From Phyllobates terribilis (taxonomy: Eukaryota): a stretch of 64,000 nt of DNA. The stretch is from contig NW_027362768.1 of assembly GCF_046119375.1 (NCBI RefSeq), positions 46,190,001 through 46,254,000 on the forward strand, written 5' to 3'. Below are positions 22,601 through 34,276 of the stretch, in pieces. The notes below the pieces were generated by a model. The model did no database searches, was not told the DNA's origin, and was given only the letters and a program-made list of their open reading frames with translations. How positions within the stretch are numbered: position 1 is the first letter of the stretch; every line of letters begins with the position of its first letter. The position numbers and the translations under genes are program-made.

Positions 22601-23001
22601 GGAAATGGACCAGTGAACAGCTCTTCAGAGTGTCCAAGTGTGGGATCACTTGCTGTCTGACGACACTCGGCATGGTGGGAGGAAGGAGCATCAGGGTGAG
22701 GAGGAGTATGCGGTCGAGACTCACGGCTACTAAGAGTTGACCGTGTGGAAGACAGACCGGAGGTGGTGGTGCCCAGGTAACAGGAAGTATTGTCTGCTAT
22801 CCAATTAATAACCTGTTCACACTGATCAGTTCTCAATGCTGGTGTTGTTCTGTGCTTCCCTAGTAATTCGGTCAAGAAGTGGGAGCGAGAAGATGTGGCT
22901 GTTGGTTGTGGCACATTTTCACCTTGGCCACGGCCCCGTCCTCTGCACGAACCATCACTAGAACGTCCACTTCCACGTCCCTTGCCACGCGCCTTGCCCA
23001 T
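19630..23001 (-). pseudogene. hAT transposase, single exon of about 1123 codons with two in-frame stops
   Basis: ORFs 21193..23001, 20620..21165 and 19630..20550 share one frame: BED finger (VWNFF..CSTC..MIRHMVAKH), TTDTWTS, VCDNGRN, CLAHVLNL, TRWNST, and hATC domain SVLSERVFS. Confidence 0.95.
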
Positions 23002-23064
23002 TGTAAATGAAGTAAAATAGCTTACACTTGCACTATCAATGGAAAAAGGGTAATAAAGTGTAGA

Positions 23065-25220
23065 TTAGAACCGTGGAAGAGGAAAACCACAGTTATTGTT
23101 TACTGGGGTATACCACAATTTTTTAAATAGAGATATTTGCGGCTGAACAGTGAGCGACACACTCAAACTGCTTTTTTTTTAGATACCAAAGGCCCAAAAC
23201 TGGATAGTACAGCGATTTGACCCGTGGAACTGCGAAACCACACTGGGATGTCGGGCCTACGCAAGACTATTTTCAACAGATATATTTTTGTGTCACAACA
23301 GTCAGGAGACACTACTGTTTTTCTTTACGGAAAAAACTACCAAAACCTGAACAATAGAGATTTTTTACCGTGGAACAGCAAAACCACAGTTATACTTTAC
23401 TGGTGTATACTAGGCTTTTTAAAATATATTTATATTTGTGGCTAAACAGTGAGCGACACACTCAACTGTTTTTTTTAGATACAAATGGCCCAAAAGTGGA
23501 AAATACAGAGGTTTGTACCGTGGAACTGCAAAACCACACTTGTATTTCTCGGGCCTACACCAGACTATTTTCAACAGAATATTTGTTTCTGAAAAATCAG
23601 GGAGACACTATTTTTTTTTTTTTTACAGCAAAAAATGCAAAAAGCAGGATAATAGAGATTTTTTACTGTGGAACAGCAAAAGCACACTTCTGTCTCTCTG
23701 GCCTGCACCAGACTATTTTCAACAGATATATTTGTGTCTGAAAAATCAGGGAGACACTATTATTATTTTTATACAGCAAAAAATGGCAAAAACAGGATAA
23801 TAGAGATGTTTTACCGTGGAACATCAAAACCACAGTAATAATTTACTGGTGTATACCAGGCTTTTTAAAATATATATATATTTGCGGCTGAACAGTGAGC
23901 GACACACTCAAACTGTTTTTTTTAGATACAAATGGCCCAAAAGTAGATAATACAGAGGTTTGTACCGTGGAACTGCAAAACCACACTTGTATTTCTCGGG
24001 CCTATACCAGACTATTTTCAACAGATATATTTGTGTCTGAAAAATCAGGGAGACACTATTTTTTTTTTTTTTTTTACAGCAAAAAATTCAAAAAGCAGGA
24101 TAATAGAGATTTTTTACCGTGCAACAGCAAAAGCACACTTCTGTCTCTCTGGCATACACCAGACTATTTTCAACAGATATATTTGTGTCTGAAAAATCAG
24201 GGAGGCATTATTTTTTTTTTTTTTACAGCAAAAAATGCAAAAAGCAGGATAATAGAGATTTTTTACCGTGGAACAGCAAAAGCACACCTCTGTCTCTCTG
24301 GCCTACACCAGACTATTTTCAACAGATATATTTGTGTCTGAAAAATCAGGGAGACACTATTTATTTTTTTTTTTACAGCAAAAAATGCAAAAAGCAGGAT
24401 AATAGAGATTTTTTACCGTGGAACAGCAAAAACACACTTCTGTCTCTCTGGCCTACACCAGACTATTTTCAACAGATATATTTGTGTCTGAAAAATCAGG
24501 GAGACACTATTATTAATTTTATACAGCAAAAAATGCCAAAAACAGAATAATAGAGATGTTTTACCGTGGAACATTAAAACCACAGTAATAATTTACTGGT
24601 GTATACCAGGCTTTTTAAAGTATATATATATTTGCGGCTGAACAGTGAGCGACACACTCAAACTGTTTTTTTTAGATACAAATGGCCCAAAAGTGGATAA
24701 TACAGAGGTTTGTACCATGGAACTGCAAAATCACACTTGTATTTCTCGGGCCTACGCCAGGCTATTTTCAACAGATTTATTTGTGTCTGAAAAATCAGGG
24801 AGACACTATTTTTTTTTTTTTTACAGCAAAAAATGCAAAAAGCAGGATAATAGAGATTTTTTACCGTGGAACAGCAAAAGCACACTTCTGTCTCTCTGTC
24901 CTACACCAGACTATTTTCAACAGATATATTTGTGTCTGAAAAATCAGGGAGACACTATTATTATTTTTATACAGCAAAAAATGGCAAAAACAGGATAATA
25001 GAGATGTTTTACCGTGGAACATCAAAACCACAGTAATAATTTACTGGTGTATACCAGGCTTTTTAAAATATATATATATTTGCGGCTGAACAGTGAGCGA
25101 CACACTCAAACTGTTTTTTTTAGATACAAATGGCCCATAGAACTGCAAAACCACACTTCTATTTCTCTGGCCTAAACCAGACTATTTTCAACAGATATAT
25201 TTGTGTCTGAAAAATCAGAG
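23065..25220. repeat. ~149-bp satellite with three monomer types in higher-order arrangement
   Basis: ACCGTGGAAC anchor recurs about every 148-152 bp; about 15 monomers in order C A C A B C A B B B C A B C A'. Confidence 0.9.
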
Positions 25221-26058
25221 GCACACTTTTTTTTTGGGGGGGGCACCAAAAGGTTAATAAGATGGGTATTTGTACATTGTGAAGGAGGAAAAAAAAAAGA
25301 GGATTTAGATAAAAAAAAAAAGGATTTTTCCTGGCCCCCGGGACCTGGAGCTAAGTCCAGCAATTTCAGCAACAGGAGCAGCACACAGGACTGTAATGCA
25401 GCATTTGCTGGTATAACCACTGCGTCTCCTATACAGCCTGCCTGCCTGCCTGCCTGATATACCTGGGATGGATATTAGTCCTGAGAAGGACTGTTTGTTT
25501 GATCTGGCAGCCTTTACAGACCCTACACTAACTATTTTGCAGGATATATCTCTCCCTAAATCAGCAGTGCTGTCCCTACACTGTCTGATCCGGAGCGACT
25601 GTGTCCAAGATGGCGGCGCCCGGTTTTAAATACTCGAGGTGACGCTGTGCGGCCAGCCAATCACTGTAATGCCCACAAACAACATGGCTGCGGCATTACA
25701 GTGACTGGCTGGCAATCACTGCATGTTCATTGCCTCTGTAAAGAGCGCCAAACATGCAGGGCGGAGACCCGAGCTCCCGCCCGAGTAACCCGGAAATGCT
25801 CGGTGCTCGCCGAACATCCCGAGTAGCGTGATGCTCGGGCGAGTACCGAGCAGTGTCGAGCATGTTCGCTCAACACTAGTCATGATGCATTGTCAGCATG
25901 GATATATATTTAAGTGTGCATTTAAATGCTCAATTAATACCTATTATAACTTATAATTTGATGTATTTTTTGCATTTATCTCTTCATGTGTTGCATTTAA
26001 TGTGTTAGGAGGTTTAAGTTAATGATGTGTGATCATGTGGTTAATCATTTCCTATATA

Positions 26059-27683
26059 CAACCTCTGGCAAAAATTATGGAATCTCCGTGCTCGGAGGAT
26101 GTTCATTCAGGTGTTTAATGTTGTTGAAAAAAAGCAGATCACAGACATGGCACAAAACTAAAGTAATTTCAAATGGCAACTTTATGGCTTTAAGAAACAG
26201 AAAAAGAAATCAAGATAGAAAATGTAGTACTCAGTAAGGGTAATTTTTTCAGACCAAGCAGAGGAAAAAAAATTATGGAATCACTCAATTCTGAGGAAAA
26301 AATTATAGAATTACCCTGTAAATTTTAATTTCCAAAACGAACACCTGCATCAAATTTGATCTGCTTGTTAGTTTGCATCCAAAAAGTAGTGATCACACCT
26401 TGGAGAGCTGTTGCACCAAGTGGACTGACATGAATCATGGCTCCAACACGAGAGATGTCAATTGAAACAAAGGAGAGGATTATCAAACTCTTAAAAGAAG
26501 GTAAATCATCACGCAATGTTGCAAAAGATGTTGGTTGTTCACAGTCAGCTGAGTCTAAAATCTGGACCAAATACAAACAACATGGGAAGGTTGTTAAAGG
26601 CAAACATACTGGTAGACCAAGGAAGACATCAAAGCGTCAAGACCGGAAACTTAAAGCAATATGTCTCCAAAACAGGAAATGCACAACAAAACAATTGAGG
26701 AACGAATGGGAGGAAACTGGAGTCAATGTCTGTGACCGAACTGTAAGAAACCGCCTAAAGGAAATGGGATTTACATACAGAAAAACTAAACAAAAGCCAT
26801 CATTAACACCTAAACAGAAAAAAGAAAGGTTACAATGGGCTAAGGAAAAGCAATTGTGGACTGTGGATGACTGGATGAAAGTTATATTCAGTGATGAATC
26901 GCAAATCTGCATTGGGCAAGGTGATGATGCTGGAACTTTTGTTTGGTGGCGTTCCAATGAAATTTATAAAGATGACTGCATGAAGAGAACATGCAAATTC
27001 CCACAGTCATTGATGATATGGGGCTGCATGTCAGGTAAAGGCACTGGGGAGATGGCTGTCATTACATCTTCAATAAATGCCCAAGTTTGCATTGATATTT
27101 TGGACAGTTTTCTTATCCCATCAATTGAAAGGATGTTTTGGGATGATGACATCATTTTTCAAGATGATAATGCATCCTGCCATATATCAAAAACTGTGAA
27201 AACATTCCTTGAAAGAAGACACATAAGGTCAATGTCATGACAAGGCTCAACCCTGCAAAGCTGATCTGGCAACAGCAATCAGAGAAAGTTGGATCCAGAT
27301 TGATGAAGAGTACTGTTTGTCACTCATTAAGTCCATGCCTCAGAGACTGCAAGCTGTTATTAAAGCAAGAGGTGGTGCAACAAAATACTAGTGATGTATT
27401 GGAGTGTTCTTTTGTTTGTTTGTTTTTCATGATTCCATCATTTTTTCCTCAGAATTTAGTGAATATATTTTTTTTTTCCTCTGTTTGGTCTGAAAAAAAT
27501 ACCCTTACTGAGTACCACATTTTTTATCTTGATTTCTTTTAGTGTTTCTTAAAGCCATAAAGTTGCCATTTGAAATTACTTTAGTTTTGTGCCATGTCTG
27601 TGATCTGCTTTTTTTCAACAACATTAAACAACTGAATGAACATCCTCCGAGCCCCGTGATTCCATAATTTTTGCTAGAGGTTG
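26059..27683 (+). mobile_element. Tc1 transposon, IR/DR type, internally deleted
   Basis: ~190-bp TIRs starting CAACCTCTGGCAAAAATTATGGAATC; TA on both sides (26057-58, 27684-85); inner copies of the terminal motif near 26270-26285 and 27430-27447. Confidence 0.96.
26437..27391 (+). pseudogene. Tc1 transposase lacking the SPDLNPIE segment (third catalytic residue)
   Basis: 267-aa ORF with HTH, GRPRKT, IFSDES and FQDDNASCH; after 27239 the C-terminus HDKAQPCKADL...ARGGATKY* continues in another frame. Confidence 0.93.
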
Positions 27684-28995
27684 TATATGGCACTTTATAT
27701 CACTTGTGCATATTCTATGACTAAGAGCAGTAAATGCGTAAGAATCACTCTGTATTTTTTTTTAATCATGGATATCCCTGTTTTTAATGGATGAAATAAA
27801 TGGAAGTTTTATTCAAGTACAGATCATTTTTCCTATTTTTTCTTATTGCACACTGTTAGTCGACAGCATGGATTGAGCAATTATTACTGATGCAGCGACA
27901 AGGTGCTTTGAGGCTTTTCATGTTTTGTAAACAAAAACCCACTGAGTGGACATTATTTTTAAACTGTGAACTTCGAATAGAATCACAGATTGTTTGAATT
28001 AGTATGAAACTGCAGATTTCATGAAATTATACTGAAACTCAATCCACTCATCTCTAGCCAATACCACTTTCTGCACCTCTATCTTGTTTCCAGGATTTTG
28101 TGTAATCATCATGATCATAATCATCAATATCCCAGATTTGGTTGACAACTGCCTCTGTTTGAGAAATTGCTTTAGCTGCTTTCCCTCCTGCTTGATTTCT
28201 ACCTGAAGATTTGCTCTGGCTCCATGTGGTATTTCCAGTGCAAGTTCCCCTACTACCATGGCTTGCAGAGCCAGCAACATAGCTTAGCATTAGAACTGAT
28301 GCCTCCATCTCCTCCAGTATAATGTTTTACGAGAACAATGGCAGACTATCTATTCCAATAAATCAACTGCATGAAGTTGTTTTGGAGTGTCCTCCCTAGC
28401 CCATTTTAGACTATGAATTATGGGTCTGAGGGGCAAAACAGAATTAAGTGTCATTCACAGAATAAAAACTCTTCTTTATACAACATTAAATGCTATGGTG
28501 GCAGACAATGTGGACTGAGCAAAACACTGATTTAAACTGGTGGTGTTGCTGTCAGAGGCTACATCATCCTATTGTGACTGAGACAAGTGATGTGACATAT
28601 TCCACTATGTCCTCTGCTTCCTTCCCACTGGTTTACTTTCCAGAGACAAATTAAGCAAATTGTTGCTACCAGATGTTCTGGTTGCTACCAGATGTTCTTT
28701 TAGAGCTGCTGTTATCCTCTTATATTTTTCAGCATGCTGTGAGTGTTTTCTTTCCTCACCAATTTTGTCAACATTGCCACATTTTCGTTTAATGGTTAAT
28801 GGAAGTTTAATGGTTCATTCCGTTACAAAAGTTTGTTACCAGGCACACCGCACCTAACCAGCACTGGAATACTATGGAATCAATCTCAAGCCAGGATTCA
28901 TAGAATCATAGAAGAATCATAGAATCATAGAATGGTAGAGTTGGAAGGGACCTCCTGGGTCATCTGGTCCAACCCCCTGCTCAAAGCAGGATTCA

Positions 28996-31785
28996 CTAGA
29001 TCATCTCAGACAGATGTCTGTCCAGCCTCTGTTTGAAGACGTCCATTGAAGGGGAACTCACCACCTCTCGTGGCAGCCTGTTCCACTCATTAATCACCCT
29101 AACTGTCAAAAAGTTTTTTCTAATATCTAATCTGTGTCTCCTCCCATTTAGTTTCATCCCATTGCTTCTAGTCTTTCCTTGTGCAAATGAGAATAAAGAT
29201 GATCCTTCTACAATGTGACAGCCCTTGACATATTTGTAGACAGCTATTAAGTCTCCTCTCAGTCTTCTTTTTTGCAAGCTAAACATTCCCAAATCCTGAA
29301 ACCGTTTCTCATAGGACATGGTTTGCAGACCAGTCACCATTCTGGTCGCTCTTCTCTGAACTTGCTCCAGTTTGTCTATGTCTTTTTTAAAATGTGGTGC
29401 CCAAAACTGTACACAGTATTCCAGATGAGGTCTGACCAAAGAGGAGTAAAGACCGATAATGACTTCACGTGATCTAGACTGTATGCTTCTGTTAATACAT
29501 CCCAGAATTGTATTTGCCTTTTTTGCTGCTGCATCACACTGTTGACTCATGTTCAGTCTATGATCTATTAGTATACCTAAGTCTTTTTCACATGTACTGT
29601 TGCTTAGCTCTATTCCTCCCATTCTGTATATGCTTTTTTCATTTTTATTGCCCAGATGTAGTACTTTGCATTTTTCCCTGTTAAAAACCATTCTGTTGGT
29701 TGCTGCCCACTGCTCCAGTTTATTTAGGTCTTTTTGAATCCTCTCTCTCTCTTCTCTAGTATTAGCTATCCCTCCTAGCTTTGTGTCATCAGCAAATTTA
29801 ATCAGTTTACCCTCAATTCCTTCATCTAAATCATTGATAAAGATGTTGAACAATACAGGTCCCAGGACGGAGCCCTGTGGTACCCCACTTGAGACATTCA
29901 TCCAGCTGGATGTGAAGCCATTTACAACCACCCTTTGAGTCCGATCACTAAGCCAGTTATGAATCCACCTAACAGTTGCCTGGTCCATTGCATACTTGGT
30001 CATTTTTTCAATAAGGATGGTGTGAGATACTTTGTCAAATGCTTTGCTGAAGTCAAGATATACTATATCTACAGCATTTCCCTGATCCACCCAGTCAGTG
30101 ATTCTGTCATAGAAGGAAATTAAGTTAGTCTGACATGACTTGTTAGTTACAAACCCATGCTGACTCTGGTTAATCACTTCATTCTTATCCATGTACTTAA
30201 ATACATGTTGTTTAATAATTTGTTCAAAGATCTTTCCTGGTATAGAAGTCAGACTCACCGGCCTATAGTTCCCTGGGTCCACCTTCTTCCCCTTTTTGAA
30301 GATAGGAACAACATTTGCTCTTCTCCAGTCTTCTGGGACTTCTACTGTTCTCCAAGAATTTTCAAAGATTATGGAGAGTGGTTCTAAAATTTCTTCTACG
30401 ATCTCCTTCAGTACTCTGGGGTGTAATTCATCTGGACCTGGAGACTTGAACTCATTTATGTTAGCTAAATATTCCCTCACAATCTTTCTGTTTACAGATA
30501 ACTTGGATTCCTCTATTCCTTTAAAAGGACAGTGAAGATCAGTTGATGTTACATTTTCTTTCTGAGAGAAAACAGATGCAAAATAGGAATTAAAAAGTTC
30601 GGCCTTCTCAACATCCTCTCTTACCATTTCTCCATTTTCATCCTGTAAAAATCCTATAGCATCTTTGACTTTTCTTTTACTTTTGACATACCCCCAAAAT
30701 CCTTTTTTATTGCTTTTGACATCTCTTGCAAGCCTTAATTCATTGTCAGCTTTAGCTAACCTGATACGTGCCCTGCAGGATCTGCAGACTGCATTATAAT
30801 CTTCTTTAGATATGCCTCCCTCTTTCCATTTAATAAACATTTCTTTCTTTCTTTTTAGCATGTGTTTAAGTTCTGTGTTCATCCATCCTGGTTTCCTTAA
30901 ATGCTTCCCATTCTTCCTACTTTTCGGGATTGTTAACGATTGTGCTTTGAGAATCTCATTTTTAAAAATTTCCCATCCTTCCTGGACATTTTTGTCCTTA
31001 AGGACATCCAGCCATTGGATCCCTCCTATTCTCTTTCTGAGTCTCTTAAAATCTGCCTTTCTAAAATCTAACCTTGAAGTTTGAGTCTTCACATGTCTTC
31101 CTCCTCTAGTTATCCAAAATTCTATAATAGCATGATCGCTGCCTCCTAGGGTCCCAGCCACCTTTACCTCCTCAACCATTTCCTCCGTGTTTATAAGGAT
31201 TAGATCCAAAGTAGCAGATCCCCTTGTTTTCTCCCCTACCTTTTGGAAGATAAAGTTGTCAGCAAGAGAGGATAAGAATTTGCTTGACCTGTTAGTTTTA
31301 CTTGAGAGAGATTCCCAACAAATGTCTGGATAGTTGAAATCTCCCATGACCACTACGTCATATTTTTTGGAGAACTTGGTCATTTGATACATAAAGAGTT
31401 CATCCATATCTTCTGCTTGCCCAGGTGGCCTGTAGTAAATGCCTACAATGGTGTCCTTTCCGTTGTTCTCTCCTTGTATTCTTACCCAAACAGTTTCCAC
31501 AGAACTCCCAGTCTCTGAAGCTTCAATCTCTGTGCAGATATACGCTTTTCTAACATACAATGCAACACCTCCTCCTCGTTTATCAAGTCTGTTTCTTGCA
31601 AATAAGTTGTATCCTTTTAGCCTTTTATTCCAATCATGTGTATCATCCCACCAAGTTTCAGTGATTCCAATGACATCATATTCCTTTTCCTGCATTAGTA
31701 GTTCCAATTCTCCTTGTTTGTTGCCCATGCTTTGTGCATTTGTATAAAAACATTTTAGTTTGTGATTGGTTTCTCTTCCTCCCAT
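28996..31785 (-). CDS. CR1 ORF2p: APE endonuclease and reverse transcriptase (929 aa)
   Basis: FYTNAQS, ITETWW, GIYYRPP, MGDFNYP, LDLIL; SPGPDELHP, LDFSKAFD, GVPQGSVLGP, FADD. No stops or shifts. Confidence 0.96.
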   Translation of the reverse strand: MGGRETNHKLKCFYTNAQSMGNKQGELELLMQEKEYDVIGITETWWDDTHDWNKRLKGYNLFARNRLDKRGGGVALYVRKAYICTEIEASETGSSVETVWVRIQGENNGKDTIVGIYYRPPGQAEDMDELFMYQMTKFSKKYDVVVMGDFNYPDICWESLSSKTNRSSKFLSSLADNFIFQKVGEKTRGSATLDLILINTEEMVEEVKVAGTLGGSDHAIIEFWITRGGRHVKTQTSRLDFRKADFKRLRKRIGGIQWLDVLKDKNVQEGWEIFKNEILKAQSLTIPKSRKNGKHLRKPGWMNTELKHMLKRKKEMFIKWKEGGISKEDYNAVCRSCRARIRLAKADNELRLARDVKSNKKGFWGYVKSKRKVKDAIGFLQDENGEMVREDVEKAELFNSYFASVFSQKENVTSTDLHCPFKGIEESKLSVNRKIVREYLANINEFKSPGPDELHPRVLKEIVEEILEPLSIIFENSWRTVEVPEDWRRANVVPIFKKGKKVDPGNYRPVSLTSIPGKIFEQIIKQHVFKYMDKNEVINQSQHGFVTNKSCQTNLISFYDRITDWVDQGNAVDIVYLDFSKAFDKVSHTILIEKMTKYAMDQATVRWIHNWLSDRTQRVVVNGFTSSWMNVSSGVPQGSVLGPVLFNIFINDLDEGIEGKLIKFADDTKLGGIANTREERERIQKDLNKLEQWAATNRMVFNREKCKVLHLGNKNEKSIYRMGGIELSNSTCEKDLGILIDHRLNMSQQCDAAAKKANTILGCINRSIQSRSREVIIGLYSSLVRPHLEYCVQFWAPHFKKDIDKLEQVQRRATRMVTGLQTMSYEKRFQDLGMFSLQKRRLRGDLIAVYKYVKGCHIVEGSSLFSFAQGKTRSNGMKLNGRRHRLDIRKNFLTVRVINEWNRLPREVVSSPSMDVFKQRLDRHLSEMI

Positions 31786-31907
31786 ATTTTTATTATTTAA
31801 ATTGTTTTGTCTTTGTTCTTCCTTTCCACTTCCAGTAGCAGAGATCTCAATAGTATTTGTCAGCTGTATGGCTTTTTCTGGCCTTTTGCTTCCCTTCCCA
31901 CATTGTT

Positions 31908-32870
31908 CTAGTTTAAAGCTTTTCTGATGAGTGTAGCAAGGCGACTTCCAAATACATGTTTTCCAGTCTTCGTAAGGTGCACCCCATCTCTAGCAAGTAG
32001 TCCATCATATAAGTAATTCATTCCGTGATCCAGAAATCCAAATCCTTGTTGACGGCACCATCGACGTAGCCAGTTGTTCAACTGTAGAATCTTATTCCAC
32101 CTCATTGTTCCATGGCCATCCACTGGGAGGATGGATGAGAAGACCACCTGCGCTCCCAATTCTTTCACTTTCTTGCCTAAGTCTTCAAAGTCACTGCAGA
32201 TGGTTTCCAGGTCCTTTCTTGCGGTGTCATTTGTCCCCACATGTATTAGCAGGAATGGGTAGTGATCTGTAGGTCTGAAGAGTCTTGATATCCTGTCAGA
32301 CACATCTTTAATTTTTGCTCCTGGAAGACAGCACATTTCTCTTGAGGTTATGTCTGGTCTGCAGATAGCGGCCTCTGTTCCTCTTAACAGTGAATCCCCC
32401 ATGACCACCACTCTCCGTTTTTTCTTCACAACATTCTTCTTTCTCCATCCAGGAGGATTCTGAGGGCTTACAAGGTTATTCATTGCTGGCAAAGTCTTAT
32501 TTTGCTGTATTTCTTCATGGTTCTCCTGCGTGAGAGCCTGGTACTGGTTCCTGAGCAGTATGGGTGCTGACTGCCTCTCGATCCTCCTGCTTCTGTGGGT
32601 CACATGCTTCCATTCCTCTGTTTCGTCAGGTGCAGTTCGATTTTCTTCTCTTTCTGAATCATGAAGAGATAATTCTGCTCTGTCTAAGAACTCTTCACCT
32701 TCCTTAATGATTTTCAAGGTAGTTAACCTCTCTTCTAGATTTCGCAACTTTTCCTCCAACAGGGACACAAGCTTGCATTTCTGGCATGTGAAGTTTGGCT
32801 TTTCCACTGGCAAGTCTGTGAACATGTAGCAGGATATGCAGCTCACCAAATGGCTCCTGGACTCTTCCAT
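31908..32870 (-). CDS. CR1 ORF1p: Zn finger/leucine zipper and SGNH esterase-like domain
   Basis: First ATG at 32870; CISC..CQKC, heptad leucines, VMGDSLLRG, HVGTND, DGVHL. Confidence 0.93.
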   Translation of the reverse strand: MEESRSHLVSCISCYMFTDLPVEKPNFTCQKCKLVSLLEEKLRNLEERLTTLKIIKEGEEFLDRAELSLHDSEREENRTAPDETEEWKHVTHRSRRIERQSAPILLRNQYQALTQENHEEIQQNKTLPAMNNLVSPQNPPGWRKKNVVKKKRRVVVMGDSLLRGTEAAICRPDITSREMCCLPGAKIKDVSDRISRLFRPTDHYPFLLIHVGTNDTARKDLETICSDFEDLGKKVKELGAQVVFSSILPVDGHGTMRWNKILQLNNWLRRWCRQQGFGFLDHGMNYLYDGLLARDGVHLTKTGKHVFGSRLATLIRKALN

Positions 32871-32936
32871 GTTCTTATTGTTAATGTTCTGAAAACAGTG
32901 AAAAAAGCTTAAAAAAAAAGCTTCAAAATGCGTGCG

Positions 32937-33323
32937 CTCCAACAGCCAAAATCCAGTGTTCTTTGAGCTCGCGGAGACTCTTCACTTACCCCAAAATGCA
33001 GTGGGAATATGCAAATTATCTCCTCAGGACTCCTCCCCTGGTTTGCCGATGTCCTCTTTTCAGCTCCAACAGCCAAAATCCAGTGTTCTTTGAGCTCGCG
33101 GAGACTCTTCACTTACCCCAAAATGCAGTGGGAATATGCAAATTATCTCCTCAGGACTCCTCCCCTGGTTTGCCGATGTCCTCTTTTCAGCTCCAACAGC
33201 CAAAATCCAGTGTTCTTTGAGCTCGCGGAGACTCTTCACTTACCCCAAAATGCAGTGGGAATATGCAAATTATCTCCTCAGGACTCCTCCCCTGGTTATC
33301 TCCTCAGGACTCCTCCCTGGCCA
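32937..33323. repeat. 127-bp monomers (3 copies) in the CR1 A 5' UTR
   Basis: Unit starts at 32937, 33064 and 33191; each carries ATGCAAAT (33009, 33136, 33263). Confidence 0.93.
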
Positions 33324-34276
33324 AAAAAGTGAATGCAATACTAGCCTGCCTGTAATATTGGTGCAGAATGTATGTCTCGTTAATTCAACAACTTAAACAG
33401 GTATGGCAAAACCAACATACCCAGAATGTAACACACAAGACAAAAAAGATGCTCGGAGGCAGAAAAGCAGCCACAAAATCAAGCAACAGCCCACAGTATA
33501 GTTGTGGGATGTATGGTTGTCAAATTGGAATAGTCAAGCAAGTATGAAACAAGTAAATTGTGTGTATAATGTTTCCAAATTTCTATGTATGGTTTTAAAA
33601 TACTATTATCCCCCTCGCCAAAAAACCCTAACCCAGAATGCTATGTTGTTTCTTAGGCACATGAACAGTAAGTAATCTGCGGCAGCAGCTACTAGTATTG
33701 TTCAGGTGTGTACGGTTGTTATATTTGATTAATTAAACAGTTGTAAAACCTTAAACTTTTTTCTTTTCTTTTTTTTTTAATTGATAGCATTCTTCAAACA
33801 AATATAATGTACAGAACTATATTATACTATGTTGTTAGGTAGGTACATTTACAGAAGTTAATTAGCAACAAAGGTCAGCATTGTTGATCTGGCACATATG
33901 GTTGTTCATTTGACTACTAGCACAGTATAAAAAACTTTGCTTTTTTTAAATGATGCCTTTTCTCTTGTACAAACATGCAACATAATAAAAAATGCTATGC
34001 TGGAAAGCAGTTACATGTAGGTTCACACATGACCAAAAATTGAGCTACCTCTTGCAGTATTGTCATAGTAACATACTAACATAGTTTGTAAAGCCGAATA
34101 AAGACTTGCGTCCATCAAGTTCGACCTGTTAGTTCTGTAATTGCTAAAGTTGATCCAGAGGAGGGCAAAAACCCCAAATGATTTGGCCAATCTTCACATT
34201 AGGAAAAATTCCCTCCCGACTCTGAAACCAGCAGTCAGAATAAATCCCTGTATCAACCTACTATTTTATTTTATTT

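Larger units (their letters stand above)
15267..25878 (-). mobile_element. Large hAT (Ac-like) DNA transposon 1, 10.6 kb
   Basis: 13-bp perfect TIR TAGTGTTGAGCGA; GCTCG/CGAGC subterminal motifs; internal transposase. Flanking 8-mers match only 5/8, so the TSD is unconfirmed. Confidence 0.88.
28897..33323 (-). mobile_element. CR1 LINE A, full length, both ORFs open
   Basis: 3' tail of (TTCTATGA)n-like octamers at 28897-28932; ORF1 and ORF2; monomeric 5' UTR. Confidence 0.96.

Noticed and set aside
23370-24998. Several 85-148-aa ORFs with repeated peptides
   Set aside because: By-products of the ~149-bp satellite; frames shift with poly-T length.
25606-25617. YY1-like motif CAAGATGGCGGC and nearby CCAAT near the hAT 1 right end
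   Set aside because: Plausible promoter parts, but short motifs alone do not justify a feature call.
15259-25886. 8-bp TSD for hAT 1 (ATCAAGAG / GTCATGAT)
   Set aside because: Only 5/8 match, so it is not accepted. The pairing of the two ends rests on TIRs and on colinearity with hAT 2.
27999-28308. Two overlapping minus-strand ORFs (93 and 84 aa)
   Set aside because: No recognisable domain or convincing splice signals; cannot be supported without a search.
28651-28700. 18-bp direct duplication GTTGCTACCAGATGTTCT
   Set aside because: Only 1 nt lies between the copies; a simple local duplication with no associated element.
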